A stretch of 64,000 nt of DNA from Spirochaetota bacterium (lineage in GTDB: Bacteria > Spirochaetota > UBA4802 > UBA5550): contig CAXXHB010000003.1 in the NCBI GenBank assembly GCA_963664815.2, positions 224,001-288,000 on the forward strand, written 5' to 3'. The notes beneath the pieces were generated by a model that was not told the origin of the DNA, searched no databases, and saw only the letters and a list, made by a program, of their open reading frames with translations. The position numbers and the translations under genes are program-made. Each line of letters opens with the position of its first letter. Positions within the stretch are counted from its first letter, which is position 1. Positions 50,797 to 60,629 of the stretch are shown here, piece by piece.

Positions 50797-51900
50797 TTAA
50801 ATAATAATGTCTGTAATGTATTCTGCAATTGCAAGACATGATGTCAGTCCAGGGGACTCGATTCCTGTGAGGTTTATAAAATTATGAAGACCAGCATCAG
50901 TCTCGTTTTTTATTATAAAATCGCGGAATTTTTCCCCCTCTTTCTGGAGCTTCGGTCTAATGCCGCAGTCGTATGGATAGATGTCTGATATGTCGTGTTT
51001 CATAAAGAGAGACAGTGAATACAAAAACTCATCTCTGTGTTTTTCATCCATTGAGTAATCAACGATATTTCTGTTAAGATAATATGCATTTGGTCCGAAT
51101 GCCACGGTTCCGTCGGTGAATAGTCTGTTGTGGATACCGAGTGATCTTCCATCGGGTGATGGTACCGGGTAGATGAGTATGTTCATTTTCCGGACAAGGT
51201 CTGATTTATAATACTCACCCTTGCAGTAATGTAATGTGTATCCTGACTTGTCTGTATCAATTCCCGCCATGGAAGCAACTCTGTCAGAGAATAATCCCGC
51301 ACAGTTTACTATTGTTTCAGTATGGATACTGTATCCATCATCCGATTTGATCTCGTAGCCTGATGCTTTCTTTTTTATTCCGCTGACACCGGTTCTGTAG
51401 GCAAAAGCGGCACCGTTATTTTTTGCAAGGGTTTCCATCTTTTTCATAAGCTCATGAGAGTTCATAATCCCTGCTGTTGGAACATGAACCCCCGCTACAG
51501 CTTTAACAAGAGGTTCCCGTTTCTCTATCTCTCTTCCTTCGGCAATTCTGATTCCAGGAACGCCGTTTTTAATTCCGTTGGCGTAGAGTCTTTCTAGTTC
51601 CGGTATCTCATCTGGTGATGAGGCTATGATGTATTTACCGCAGTTAATGAAGGTAACGTCATTGTCTTTCATGAAACTGTAGATGAGTTCATTGCCGCGG
51701 AGACAGAGGATTGCCTTCAGGGTTCCGGAGGGATAGTATATGCCGGAATGAACTGTTTCACTGTTGCGGCTGCTTGTATGTCTGCCGAATGAATCCTCTT
51801 TTTCAAAAACTATAATGTTTTTATATTTTTTTGAGAGCTCACATGCTGCAGCAAGTCCAACAGCTCCGGCTCCTATTATGGCAATGTCACATTGTTCCAT
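50797..51900 (-). CDS. FAD-dependent oxidoreductase, L-2-hydroxyglutarate oxidase (LhgO)-like
   Basis: IIGAGAVG, HTSSRNSETVHSGIYY, KGEYY, GIRPKL, GIESPGLTSCLAIA. Confidence 0.85.
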   Translation of the reverse strand: MEQCDIAIIGAGAVGLAAACELSKKYKNIIVFEKEDSFGRHTSSRNSETVHSGIYYPSGTLKAILCLRGNELIYSFMKDNDVTFINCGKYIIASSPDEIPELERLYANGIKNGVPGIRIAEGREIEKREPLVKAVAGVHVPTAGIMNSHELMKKMETLAKNNGAAFAYRTGVSGIKKKASGYEIKSDDGYSIHTETIVNCAGLFSDRVASMAGIDTDKSGYTLHYCKGEYYKSDLVRKMNILIYPVPSPDGRSLGIHNRLFTDGTVAFGPNAYYLNRNIVDYSMDEKHRDEFLYSLSLFMKHDISDIYPYDCGIRPKLQKEGEKFRDFIIKNETDAGLHNFINLTGIESPGLTSCLAIAEYITDIII

Positions 51901-51911
51901 ATTAAAATTTT

Positions 51912-53024
51912 TTATTTTTCGAACGGGAAACGGTACTGGTTCAGTCCTGTGGCGTCCCTCATCTGTACCATCTCTCTCTGAAGCTCTTCTCCTACCGGAA
52001 CACCTTTACCTTCTCTGAACAAACGGTTGAGATATTCTTTTTCCCCGGCAGTATAGATTCTTTCAGCACCCGGCATCTTATCTGAAGCACGGAGCTGCCG
52101 GAGTATCTCTCCGGAGATTTTTTTAAAATTATCAATTTCAGTGAAGTGTGATATATTTACCGCTATAAAGAAATGACCGAGCTTATAGGGAATTTTCTTT
52201 CCGTTTTCAAAACCAGTGAGCATCTTTAAAAAGCTTCCACCCTGAAGTGCGGCGGACAGAATTTCAACGACAGTGGCGTATCCATAACCCTTGTATCCTG
52301 CACCATCTTCGCCAATACCGCCAAGAGGAGTGAGAGCAGCAGTACCTTTTATAAGATCCTGTAAAGCCTGAATTGAATCGGTTGTGGATTCACCTTTCCT
52401 GTCAATAACCCATCCCTCCGGCATACTCTTTCCTGTTCTGGCATAAACCTCAATTTTCCCCCTTTGGGTAGTTGATGTTGCGCAGTCAATTACAAAAGGG
52501 AATTCTTCATCTGTCGGTATCCCGAATACAAGCGGATTTGTTCCAAGCATGTTCTCTATGCCGAAGGTTGGGGCTATGGAGGGTCTGGCGTTTGTACCGG
52601 TAATTCCAATCATGTTTTTTTCAGTTGCCATTGTTGCGTAGTAACCGGCAATTCCATAGTGTGTGGAATTGCGTACAGCCACCATGCCAAGTCCGTATTT
52701 TGAAGCCTTTTCAATAGCCATTTCCATGGCATGCTTTCCAATTACATGTCCCATTCCATTGTGTCCGTCAATAACAGCAGTGGCAAGATTGTCTTTAACT
52801 ATCTCAAACCTGGTGACAGCATTCTGTATTCCCTCTTTGATCCTGTCGTAGTAAATTGGTTTCATCCTGTTAAGGCCATGGGAGTCGATACCTCTTTTAT
52901 CTGATTCAATAAGTACATCGGCACATATGGCCGCATCATTTTCAGGTACTCCGATTTTAATAAAAACATCTTTCATAAAATTGCGGACAATATCAAAATC
53001 AATCCATGTTATATTATTTTCCAT
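51912..53024 (-). CDS. Ldh_2 family (malate/L-lactate/L-sulfolactate-type) dehydrogenase
   Basis: GIDSHG, IDGHNGMG, RNSTHYG, LGTNP, GYKGYG. Confidence 0.9.
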   Translation of the reverse strand: MENNITWIDFDIVRNFMKDVFIKIGVPENDAAICADVLIESDKRGIDSHGLNRMKPIYYDRIKEGIQNAVTRFEIVKDNLATAVIDGHNGMGHVIGKHAMEMAIEKASKYGLGMVAVRNSTHYGIAGYYATMATEKNMIGITGTNARPSIAPTFGIENMLGTNPLVFGIPTDEEFPFVIDCATSTTQRGKIEVYARTGKSMPEGWVIDRKGESTTDSIQALQDLIKGTAALTPLGGIGEDGAGYKGYGYATVVEILSAALQGGSFLKMLTGFENGKKIPYKLGHFFIAVNISHFTEIDNFKKISGEILRQLRASDKMPGAERIYTAGEKEYLNRLFREGKGVPVGEELQREMVQMRDATGLNQYRFPFEK

Positions 53025-53281
53025 TTTTTCTCATATCTCCCTTCGGGCACCTTCCCCCGGCTGGATGAGGAAGGTATAATTTTTAAAATTTTCTATAATT
53101 TTCATTGTTGAAACAGGGGCTACATCTGTCTTCATTTACACCATCACTCAAAGGTATGATACCGCGCTGGAGACAGAGTATGAATCTGATAAATTTACAT
53201 TTTGAATCAGGTCTGTAATTGTCAAGATTAAGTTTTATAAGAATGCTTTTTTTAAAAGAATATATTAAGTCTTAGGTAAAT

Positions 53282-54727
53282 TTATACCTCTTTTTTTTTC
53301 TTACCGAATTTTATAAGAATACTTCCTGCGATTGAAAGTACAAAAAATATTCCTGTCAGGGGTGCGAAAAAATGCAGAGCTGTTGTAAAGGCTATATTAT
53401 CAAAAAATGCAGAATTCAAAGGATCATTTATCATCTGAGGTATCATAAGACCAGGTTTTAAAGATGCGATTATAACCGCAATACCGGCAATTACGATTAA
53501 AACAGAAGGGTATTTAAGAACAAAACCTGACGCGCGCATACCTGATTTTTTATCAGGGGCAATAATAACAAGAAGAATAATCAGAAAAAGAACAATACCG
53601 GCAGCCGCTTGAGGAATATATTTTGCCACAGAGAATACCATCATTATTTTTTCAAAAATTTCAGCCTTTTCACCCGAAAGTATAATTGCCTCTGATTTCA
53701 GCACACCATTATTCATGGAAATACCTGACCCTTTCAATATCGTGTTCGCAGCTGTTTCACCAATCCATGAGTCTGAAAGTTTGAATATTTGTGTGAGAAC
53801 CCATGGGCTTTTCAAGCCGGGTGTTTCTCTTATCTTTTCAACAAAAAGCTCGCTGAAAAGATTTTTTTCTGTTTCTATACCGTTCTGGTTTACTTTGACA
53901 CGAAAGCTGAGATGAAGAGGCGGGAGGCTGATTTTTTTTGTATTTTCAATCATTCCCGATTCGACATTGAGCCTGCTTACATAAATATTACCAGCTTTCT
54001 TCTGATTTTGCCATGAAGTCATGAAATCGAGATATTTTTTTATTACCGATTTCAACTCTTTTTCTATGAAAAGTGTATTAAGATCTTTTGTCAGGGAGGG
54101 CTCAATCTTTGCTATATCAGAAACCATTTCATTCATAAAATCCCCTCTGCGGGATTCAATGATTTTTTTCGCATCCTTCTCCTTGTCTTTTAATTGATCA
54201 TCGGAGTTCTCAAACTTATCTTTTGAATCGTCCATGGCATCTTCAGATTTTTCAATGGCTTCTTTATTTTTATTACGGTATTCCTTTATCTCCTTCAGAG
54301 CTTTTTTCAGGTCGGACATTTTCTTCTCTTTAAAATTATCAAATTCATCTTCGGTTTTAAATTCATCTGAAGATTTTTCCCATTTAAGATCATCCAGCTC
54401 ATCAATCTGTTTTTCCAGTTTATTGAATTCTTCATTCTTATTAATTGAGTTATAGGCAGCCAGTTTTTCCCCGTAGTTCTTTTTTAATGATTCATAAACC
54501 GGTTTAAACTGTGACATTCCGGTTTTCTTCTCTACCTCTTTTGCTATATCCTTTTCGATCTGAATGTTTTTTGTTTCTATAAAAGTTTCCACAAGATTCA
54601 GATTTTTTATTATACTGATGTAAAAGTTTTCGTTTACTGCAAGAGAAAGAAGAATTGTGGCGGTTATCACGACAGGTATAACCACGATTGATATAATTGA
54701 AAATATATAAAGAAAAATTCTTCTCAT
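53282..54727 (-). CDS. Hypothetical membrane protein with a long charged coiled coil
   Basis: N-terminal TM helix, K/E/D-rich helical region, three C-terminal TM helices. Confidence 0.75.
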   Translation of the reverse strand: MRRIFLYIFSIISIVVIPVVITATILLSLAVNENFYISIIKNLNLVETFIETKNIQIEKDIAKEVEKKTGMSQFKPVYESLKKNYGEKLAAYNSINKNEEFNKLEKQIDELDDLKWEKSSDEFKTEDEFDNFKEKKMSDLKKALKEIKEYRNKNKEAIEKSEDAMDDSKDKFENSDDQLKDKEKDAKKIIESRRGDFMNEMVSDIAKIEPSLTKDLNTLFIEKELKSVIKKYLDFMTSWQNQKKAGNIYVSRLNVESGMIENTKKISLPPLHLSFRVKVNQNGIETEKNLFSELFVEKIRETPGLKSPWVLTQIFKLSDSWIGETAANTILKGSGISMNNGVLKSEAIILSGEKAEIFEKIMMVFSVAKYIPQAAAGIVLFLIILLVIIAPDKKSGMRASGFVLKYPSVLIVIAGIAVIIASLKPGLMIPQMINDPLNSAFFDNIAFTTALHFFAPLTGIFFVLSIAGSILIKFGKKKKEV

Positions 54728-54881
54728 GATGAAACCTCGAATAAAATTGTAATTTCTGTTTTTAAAAAAATATTATCTTTGTCTGTTTCCATGGGTAAAT
54801 GAGACAGTTAAAGTTTTATTATAAATAATTTTTTACAAAAAATACTTAGAGCTTAAGAATAATCAACAATAAAAAAGATTA

Positions 54882-55634
54882 TCAGTTTTTTAAAAAATAA
54901 AAAATGAGGCCGAGATACTCTTTCATTCCTGTAAATATACCATTCATTTCGCTGCTCTTCGGTATAAAACTTATTGCATTATATCCTGAGTGATCAATCT
55001 TGTAATCGGTTGGTGCTGCTATACATTCAATTCCCGCTTTATTAAACGAGTAGAACGATCGTTTCATATGGTATGCTGAAGTTACAAGTATTATTTTTTT
55101 TGCATGAAATGTCTCTTTTATATACATTGCATTTTCGTATGTTGTGCGACTTTGGTCTTCCTTCAAGAATTTTATTCTTCCGGATGTAAAGCGGCTCATA
55201 GTTCTGACTGCAGTATCTGCCTCGCTTTCGGTTTGATTGCTGAAAACTTTCCCTCCTGAGAATATTAAAGGAATTTTGTATAGATCAGCTATATAAATTC
55301 CGTGGAGTGCCCTCTTCATTGCCTCAGGAGAAAGGCTCCCTTTGCCTTCCTCTTCGGGTGAAGAATCAACTACCCCGCCGCCGAGTACAACAATATAGTC
55401 GGCATTATGTTTTTCTTTCAGGTTAATCGGAGCGGCATAGTTTTCAAGAGGGGATAGAATCATGTTTTTTACCGGTTCAACAGAGAAGAGATAAAGGAGT
55501 AAAATATCAGTAATAATAATCATCGTCGCTTTTCTAAGGTTTCTTTGCAGAAAATAAAGGGCAAAAAGAAGAATTATTATAAATATTGAGGGTGGAAAAA
55601 TTATATAGTTACAAATTTTCTGTATTATAAACAT
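54882..55634 (-). CDS. YdcF/ElyC/SanA (DUF218) family protein
   Basis: IVVLGGG, FSGG, SEA, SRTTYENA, LVTSAYHMKRS, KEYLG. Confidence 0.9.
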   Translation of the reverse strand: MFIIQKICNYIIFPPSIFIIILLFALYFLQRNLRKATMIIITDILLLYLFSVEPVKNMILSPLENYAAPINLKEKHNADYIVVLGGGVVDSSPEEEGKGSLSPEAMKRALHGIYIADLYKIPLIFSGGKVFSNQTESEADTAVRTMSRFTSGRIKFLKEDQSRTTYENAMYIKETFHAKKIILVTSAYHMKRSFYSFNKAGIECIAAPTDYKIDHSGYNAISFIPKSSEMNGIFTGMKEYLGLIFYFLKN

Positions 55635-55917
55635 CGTTGGAAATCCTCTCTTTTCAGGTTTTATTATCAGTGCAAATTATGATTATAATTGAATGTTTCA
55701 CAATGTTTTTTCTTCCATTGTTTTTATTTTTTATACAAATATTTAATAAGCAAAATCTTCAGTAAATCTGTAACAACTGAAGTTGTAAAATCATCATTAT
55801 ATATGTTATTCATTGAAAATCATCAGCAACTCTTTCTTGACATAATAATTGTTATAATATATATAAATAGTATAGTGATATGATTCATCTCACTAATCTT
55901 GCTGACCAGGCCGGAGG

Positions 55918-57831
55918 ATGTTTATGCCGCTGGATTCAATCGGGGACCAGCTGAAAAGTATCAGAAGATGGAATTTTATTCCTAATAAAAATAAAATATT
56001 TCTGGTTCTTCAAGCACAATTGGGAAAAAACGAATTAATTATTGATATCATAGATGGCTTTTTCCATGAAAACTCAAGTATGAAAAACGGGAAAAGCGAT
56101 TCAGGGCTGATACTTGTAACTGACAGAAACATTTTTCTCATAAAATCGGATCAGCCTGAAAAATATTTATCTTTTAAAAGAGATGCTGTTACTATTAATT
56201 ATGTAAAGAATTTTTCATCAATTGCTGTTGAATTAAGGTCGGGGAAAAATGATTATTCCTTTGTTACTCTTCTTTCCGAATCAGCTGTAAAAAATATTTT
56301 TTCTGCAACGGGTAAATCTGCGGTGATAGAGTCTCATTATGATGGAAAGTTAAAAGTTGTACTTGATCAATCGATTGCAGCTGTACAGAATAATGAACCA
56401 AGAGAAGCGGAGAATTCTTCTGTCCGGGTTTCAGATCTTCTGTATTCGGAAATCAAAAAAATCAGTAAAAGGCTTGATGAACTTAGAAAAATAATTCCCG
56501 ATGCAAAATTTATGGAGATGTATTGTGAGGACATTTATACAATCTCCGGATTATGCGGCATGACCGGGCGTGAACTTTCGGATAATGAAATGTTGTTTAT
56601 CTGCATGGCGCTCTCTGTCGGGGAAAAGAACAGTGGGACTGGAGCCGCAGTGTTTCTTGATGAAGTTATGAAAAATGATTCTTTTCCGCTGCACATCATG
56701 GATGTTGTAAACCTGAGAATGGATACAATAATCTCGGGTATCGGCAGAATGAGTGACGTTGCAGAAAAAAATCTGAAATCGATAGAGTTCCTCTCAGGAT
56801 ATGACATAGAACATAACTCAAAATATGCTGATGTAATGGCGGCACTTTTTTATGAATATTCACAGTGTCTGATGAAAGCAGATGGCGTATTAGATGGAGA
56901 TGAAGAGGAAAAGCTGAAGAGCATTTCAGGCCTTATTCAGAAGGAAAAGCATATTAATAGTACATTAACTGTAAAAACGGAAGAAGATGCTGAGAATATT
57001 GAACAGGTTATGGAAAAGATCAATGAACTGGTAGGTATGGATAATATCAAAGATGAAATAAAATCATTTATTAACTTCATGAATATACGGGGTGAAAGAG
57101 AAAAGCAGCATCTCCCGGTCACTCCAATTATGCTGCATGCAGTGTTCTACGGGCCTCCGGGTACCGGTAAAACAACAATCGCACGACTTCTCGGGCGCGT
57201 ATATAAAGCGCTGGGTCTTTTAAAGAGCGGACATCTTGTTGAAACCGACAGGGCGGGGCTTGTGGCCGGGTATGTCGGGCAGACGGCTATCAAAACTGAC
57301 GAGCTTGTAAATAAAGCTAAGGATGGTATACTTTTTATTGACGAGGCATACTCCCTTATCCCGGAGAATGGATCAAACGATTTTGGCAGAGAATCTGTTG
57401 ATACTATTCTGAAGAGGATGGAGGATATGAGGGAGGGTTTTGCCGTAATTGCCGCAGGATACACCGAAGAAATGGAGAGATTCATTAATTCGAATCCGGG
57501 GCTAAAATCGAGATTCAGCAGGTATTTTTATTTCAATCATTACAAACCTGAAGAGCTTGTTGAAATCTTTAAAAAGTTTGCCGACAATATAGAATTTAAG
57601 CTTGCCGCCAGTGCCGAAACCAGACTCACTGAATTGATAACATATTTTTATGACAATAGGACAAAAAGTTTCGGTAATGCCCGGTTTGCAAGGAATGTCT
57701 TTGATAAAATTGTACAGAACCAGGCAGACAGGCTTGCTTCAGTTAAAACTCTTACCAGGGAGCTTTTATGTGAAGTAACAGAGGAAGATATCCCTGTTAA
57801 AGAGGATTTTATTGCTGAACAATTTTCCTGA
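55918..57831 (+). CDS. SpoVK/CbbX-type AAA+ ATPase with a long N-terminal extension
   Basis: Walker A GPPGTGKTT, LVAGYVGQTA, Walker B LFIDEAY, NPGLKSRF, FGNARFARN. Confidence 0.9.
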   Translation: MFMPLDSIGDQLKSIRRWNFIPNKNKIFLVLQAQLGKNELIIDIIDGFFHENSSMKNGKSDSGLILVTDRNIFLIKSDQPEKYLSFKRDAVTINYVKNFSSIAVELRSGKNDYSFVTLLSESAVKNIFSATGKSAVIESHYDGKLKVVLDQSIAAVQNNEPREAENSSVRVSDLLYSEIKKISKRLDELRKIIPDAKFMEMYCEDIYTISGLCGMTGRELSDNEMLFICMALSVGEKNSGTGAAVFLDEVMKNDSFPLHIMDVVNLRMDTIISGIGRMSDVAEKNLKSIEFLSGYDIEHNSKYADVMAALFYEYSQCLMKADGVLDGDEEEKLKSISGLIQKEKHINSTLTVKTEEDAENIEQVMEKINELVGMDNIKDEIKSFINFMNIRGEREKQHLPVTPIMLHAVFYGPPGTGKTTIARLLGRVYKALGLLKSGHLVETDRAGLVAGYVGQTAIKTDELVNKAKDGILFIDEAYSLIPENGSNDFGRESVDTILKRMEDMREGFAVIAAGYTEEMERFINSNPGLKSRFSRYFYFNHYKPEELVEIFKKFADNIEFKLAASAETRLTELITYFYDNRTKSFGNARFARNVFDKIVQNQADRLASVKTLTRELLCEVTEEDIPVKEDFIAEQFS

Positions 57832-58153
57832 AATCACTGATTGATATGATCTGGAAAAATTTATCGAGATGCGAAAGGTCAAACAATGCAGCTACATGGG
57901 TATTGAGTTCGCAGACATAGAATGTTGTGCCGTTTTTCTCAGATTGTCGGGAAATGTTTATAAGCATTCCAAAACCTGACGAGTCTATGCTTTCAAGTAA
58001 TTCACAGTTTATTCCCAGTATTTTCAGGTCAGGTCTTTTTTCGGTCAGGTCAGTGAATTCTTTTTGCAGAATATCAATGTTATTGATATTCAGTTTACCA
58101 CTCATTTCAATTTCCGTTCCGTCTTTATAGTTATGAACCGTTATTTTAATCAA
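57809..58153 (-). CDS. STAS domain anti-sigma-factor antagonist
   Basis: IDSSGFGML carrying the phosphorylatable Ser; 114 aa. Confidence 0.85.
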   Translation of the reverse strand: MIKITVHNYKDGTEIEMSGKLNINNIDILQKEFTDLTEKRPDLKILGINCELLESIDSSGFGMLINISRQSEKNGTTFYVCELNTHVAALFDLSHLDKFFQIISISDFRKIVQQ

Positions 58154-58200
58154 CTCGTTACCCTCTTTGACTTGAAACGGATTACTTTAAGAGCATTGAA

Positions 58201-58305
58201 CTATCTGAGGTCAGACACAATTTTTTTCAACCATATTTTAAAGTAATAGTTCATTTTTTCCTGAGTCGAACTATACTCTTCCCGGTTTTTTTCAGCATTA
58301 TTCAA
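58201..58305 (-). CDS. 34-aa microprotein upstream of the STAS gene (not in the ORF track)
   Basis: AAGGAG 7 nt before TTG; MNNAEKNREEYSSTQEKMNYYFKIWLKKIVSDLR. Confidence 0.45.
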   Translation of the reverse strand: MNNAEKNREEYSSTQEKMNYYFKIWLKKIVSDLR

Positions 58306-58553
58306 AACATATCTCCTTAAAAATCATTGCAATTATGATATTTATAATATATATATAAATGATGAATTTATATAAAGATATTATAAAATTATTAATTATT
58401 TCATTCGTGCATTGTCACAGTCCGGCAGTCATATTGAATTTCTTGGTGACATCTTTATGGCATTATCAGAACATTGTGTCTATGAGCAATTTGTCAGTTT
58501 TATATTTCCAGTTTTACATGGCATATAATACTGATTTTAAAGGAAGGAAATAA

Positions 58554-59297
58554 ATGGGAGAAACAATAACATATGAAGTACAAATACATGAAGCCGGTCC
58601 GGATTCAAAAGCCAGAGTGAAGACGCTTTTTGATTATATGCAGTCCGCAGCAGACAGGCATTCAAAAAGCCTCGGTACATCGTTATCTCTTATGTCAGGA
58701 CAGAATTTAACCTGGGTTTATACCAGATTTTACACAGTAGTTGAGAGATATCCTGAAATGTATGATAAAGTATATTGTAAAACCTGGCGTTCAGAGGTGA
58801 CAAACGGCCTTGTGTCCAGGGAATTTATTCTTTCCGGAGAAAACGGTATTGTGTATGTTAAGGCTACATCATCTCTTGCACTTATTGACAGGACTAGCAG
58901 AAAACCAGTGCCGATTCCCGATTTTATTACTTCTCAGCTTGAGCATGGGAAGGAGCATAGTATCAGTTTTTCTTCCGGGTCGATTGAACAATATGATAGT
59001 TTTGATTATACTTATAATATGAAAGCGAGATTTGAAGATATAGATGTTAATAGTCATATGAATAATGCAGCTTACGCAGGCCTTTTTTTTGAGAGCATAT
59101 TTCAGAAATACAGAGACCGGTTGATTATGAGATCAATCGACATTACATTTCGGGGAGAGATAATATATGGTGATGAGCTTGAATGCAGTGTTGTTTCCCC
59201 AGACCATACGGCCGGTAAGTTTTATCATAAACTTTTTAATAAAACAAAGGGACGGGTTTCAGCCTATGCAGTAACGGAATGGGAAAATAAATTTTAA
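58554..59297 (+). CDS. Acyl-ACP thioesterase (FatA/B-like double hotdog)
   Basis: FDYMQSAADRHS, LTWV, RFEDIDVNSHMNNAAY. Confidence 0.9.
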   Translation: MGETITYEVQIHEAGPDSKARVKTLFDYMQSAADRHSKSLGTSLSLMSGQNLTWVYTRFYTVVERYPEMYDKVYCKTWRSEVTNGLVSREFILSGENGIVYVKATSSLALIDRTSRKPVPIPDFITSQLEHGKEHSISFSSGSIEQYDSFDYTYNMKARFEDIDVNSHMNNAAYAGLFFESIFQKYRDRLIMRSIDITFRGEIIYGDELECSVVSPDHTAGKFYHKLFNKTKGRVSAYAVTEWENKF

Positions 59298-59345
59298 GAT
59301 AGTGAAAAATGTACTGTACATTAATAGAATGCCTGAAATTATGTT

Positions 59346-60611
59346 TTGATTGATAGCAGAGGTCTGAAAAATGACAATCCAAGGTTATTTATGACAAAAA
59401 ACAGCGAAAGCGGAAAACGTGTAGTGATTGACCTTGATTATATTATGCCGGATACAACTTTTGTATATCCAATATTTTCCTATGATGGTGAGAAGGTTCT
59501 CAATGAGCGTGAGGTTCTGACCGCGCAGAAAATTAAACATATAAAAGAAAAATGCGGAAATAAATTGTATTACTCGCCTGCCGAAACTGAAGCAGGACTC
59601 ATGCCGGAATATGTGTATACCAAGGCATTCAACAAAACCAAAGAGGTAATGGATGCAGTTCTTCGTACTGATAAGTTTACCCGGGAGGGTTATCAGAAAA
59701 GTGAAGAGCTTGTAAGTGAGATTCTTGAAGAGCTTAATTCAAAAGAGATTACGGCTATTAATCTTCTGAAAGATATTAAAAATTTTGATGATTATCTTTA
59801 TTATCATTCAGTTAATGTCGGAATGCTTACCGCACTTATGGTTAAAAGGAGAAAGAAATTCACAGAAGAAGAGATTAAGAGTATTGTGCTTGGCGCATAT
59901 CTCTGTGACCTCGGAAAAGTCAAACTTGACAAAACCCTGCTTGACAGACCTGATAAGCTGAATGAGAATGAAATGATGGAAATCCAGCTTCATCCGCAGA
60001 TTGGATATAATATTGTAAAATCCCTTGAAGAGATTAATCCGATAGTACTTCAGACAATTCTTTTTCACCATGAACAGTTTAATGACGAGGGATATTATAA
60101 TCTTCCGTATGACACTCTCCCTTCATCTCCGAAAATTGTTTCTATTTGTGATATGTATGATGCGCTTACATCGCCCCGTCCTTTCCGACAGCCGTATTCT
60201 CCTGCCGAGGCTATGAAGATTATATTGAATTCAACTGATAAGAAATTTGACCGTGACCTTGTCAGCGATTTTCTTAACGGGATGGGGACTCTGCTTAATA
60301 ATTCGCAGTATTTTTACAGGAAAGGGGATTTCTCTATTCTTAATACAAATGAGGTTTGTCTGATCAGCGATATTTCAAAAATTGATATTATGAAACCGAA
60401 GGTTATGGTTTTTGCAAGGTATGATTATTCCGGAGATAAAGCGACAATCAGATTTTATGAGAATCCTATTGAGGTTGATCTTGCAAAGGATATGAACCGA
60501 AAAATTGACAGTATCGTTATGCATCAGAAACTTATTGAAGCTCTGCGCAAAAAACTGGTAGAGAAGAAAACACTGATAGATTATCTTTATGTGTCCCTGC
60601 CTGACAGATAG
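59346..60611 (+). CDS. Degenerate HD-GYP domain protein (start may be ATG 59390)
   Basis: YLYYHSVNV, LCDLGK (HD to CD), HPQIG, HHEQFNDEGYY (GYP to GYY), DMYDALTSPRPFR. Confidence 0.85.
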   Translation: MIDSRGLKNDNPRLFMTKNSESGKRVVIDLDYIMPDTTFVYPIFSYDGEKVLNEREVLTAQKIKHIKEKCGNKLYYSPAETEAGLMPEYVYTKAFNKTKEVMDAVLRTDKFTREGYQKSEELVSEILEELNSKEITAINLLKDIKNFDDYLYYHSVNVGMLTALMVKRRKKFTEEEIKSIVLGAYLCDLGKVKLDKTLLDRPDKLNENEMMEIQLHPQIGYNIVKSLEEINPIVLQTILFHHEQFNDEGYYNLPYDTLPSSPKIVSICDMYDALTSPRPFRQPYSPAEAMKIILNSTDKKFDRDLVSDFLNGMGTLLNNSQYFYRKGDFSILNTNEVCLISDISKIDIMKPKVMVFARYDYSGDKATIRFYENPIEVDLAKDMNRKIDSIVMHQKLIEALRKKLVEKKTLIDYLYVSLPDR

Positions 60612-60629
60612 CAGACTGTAGACCCGTTT

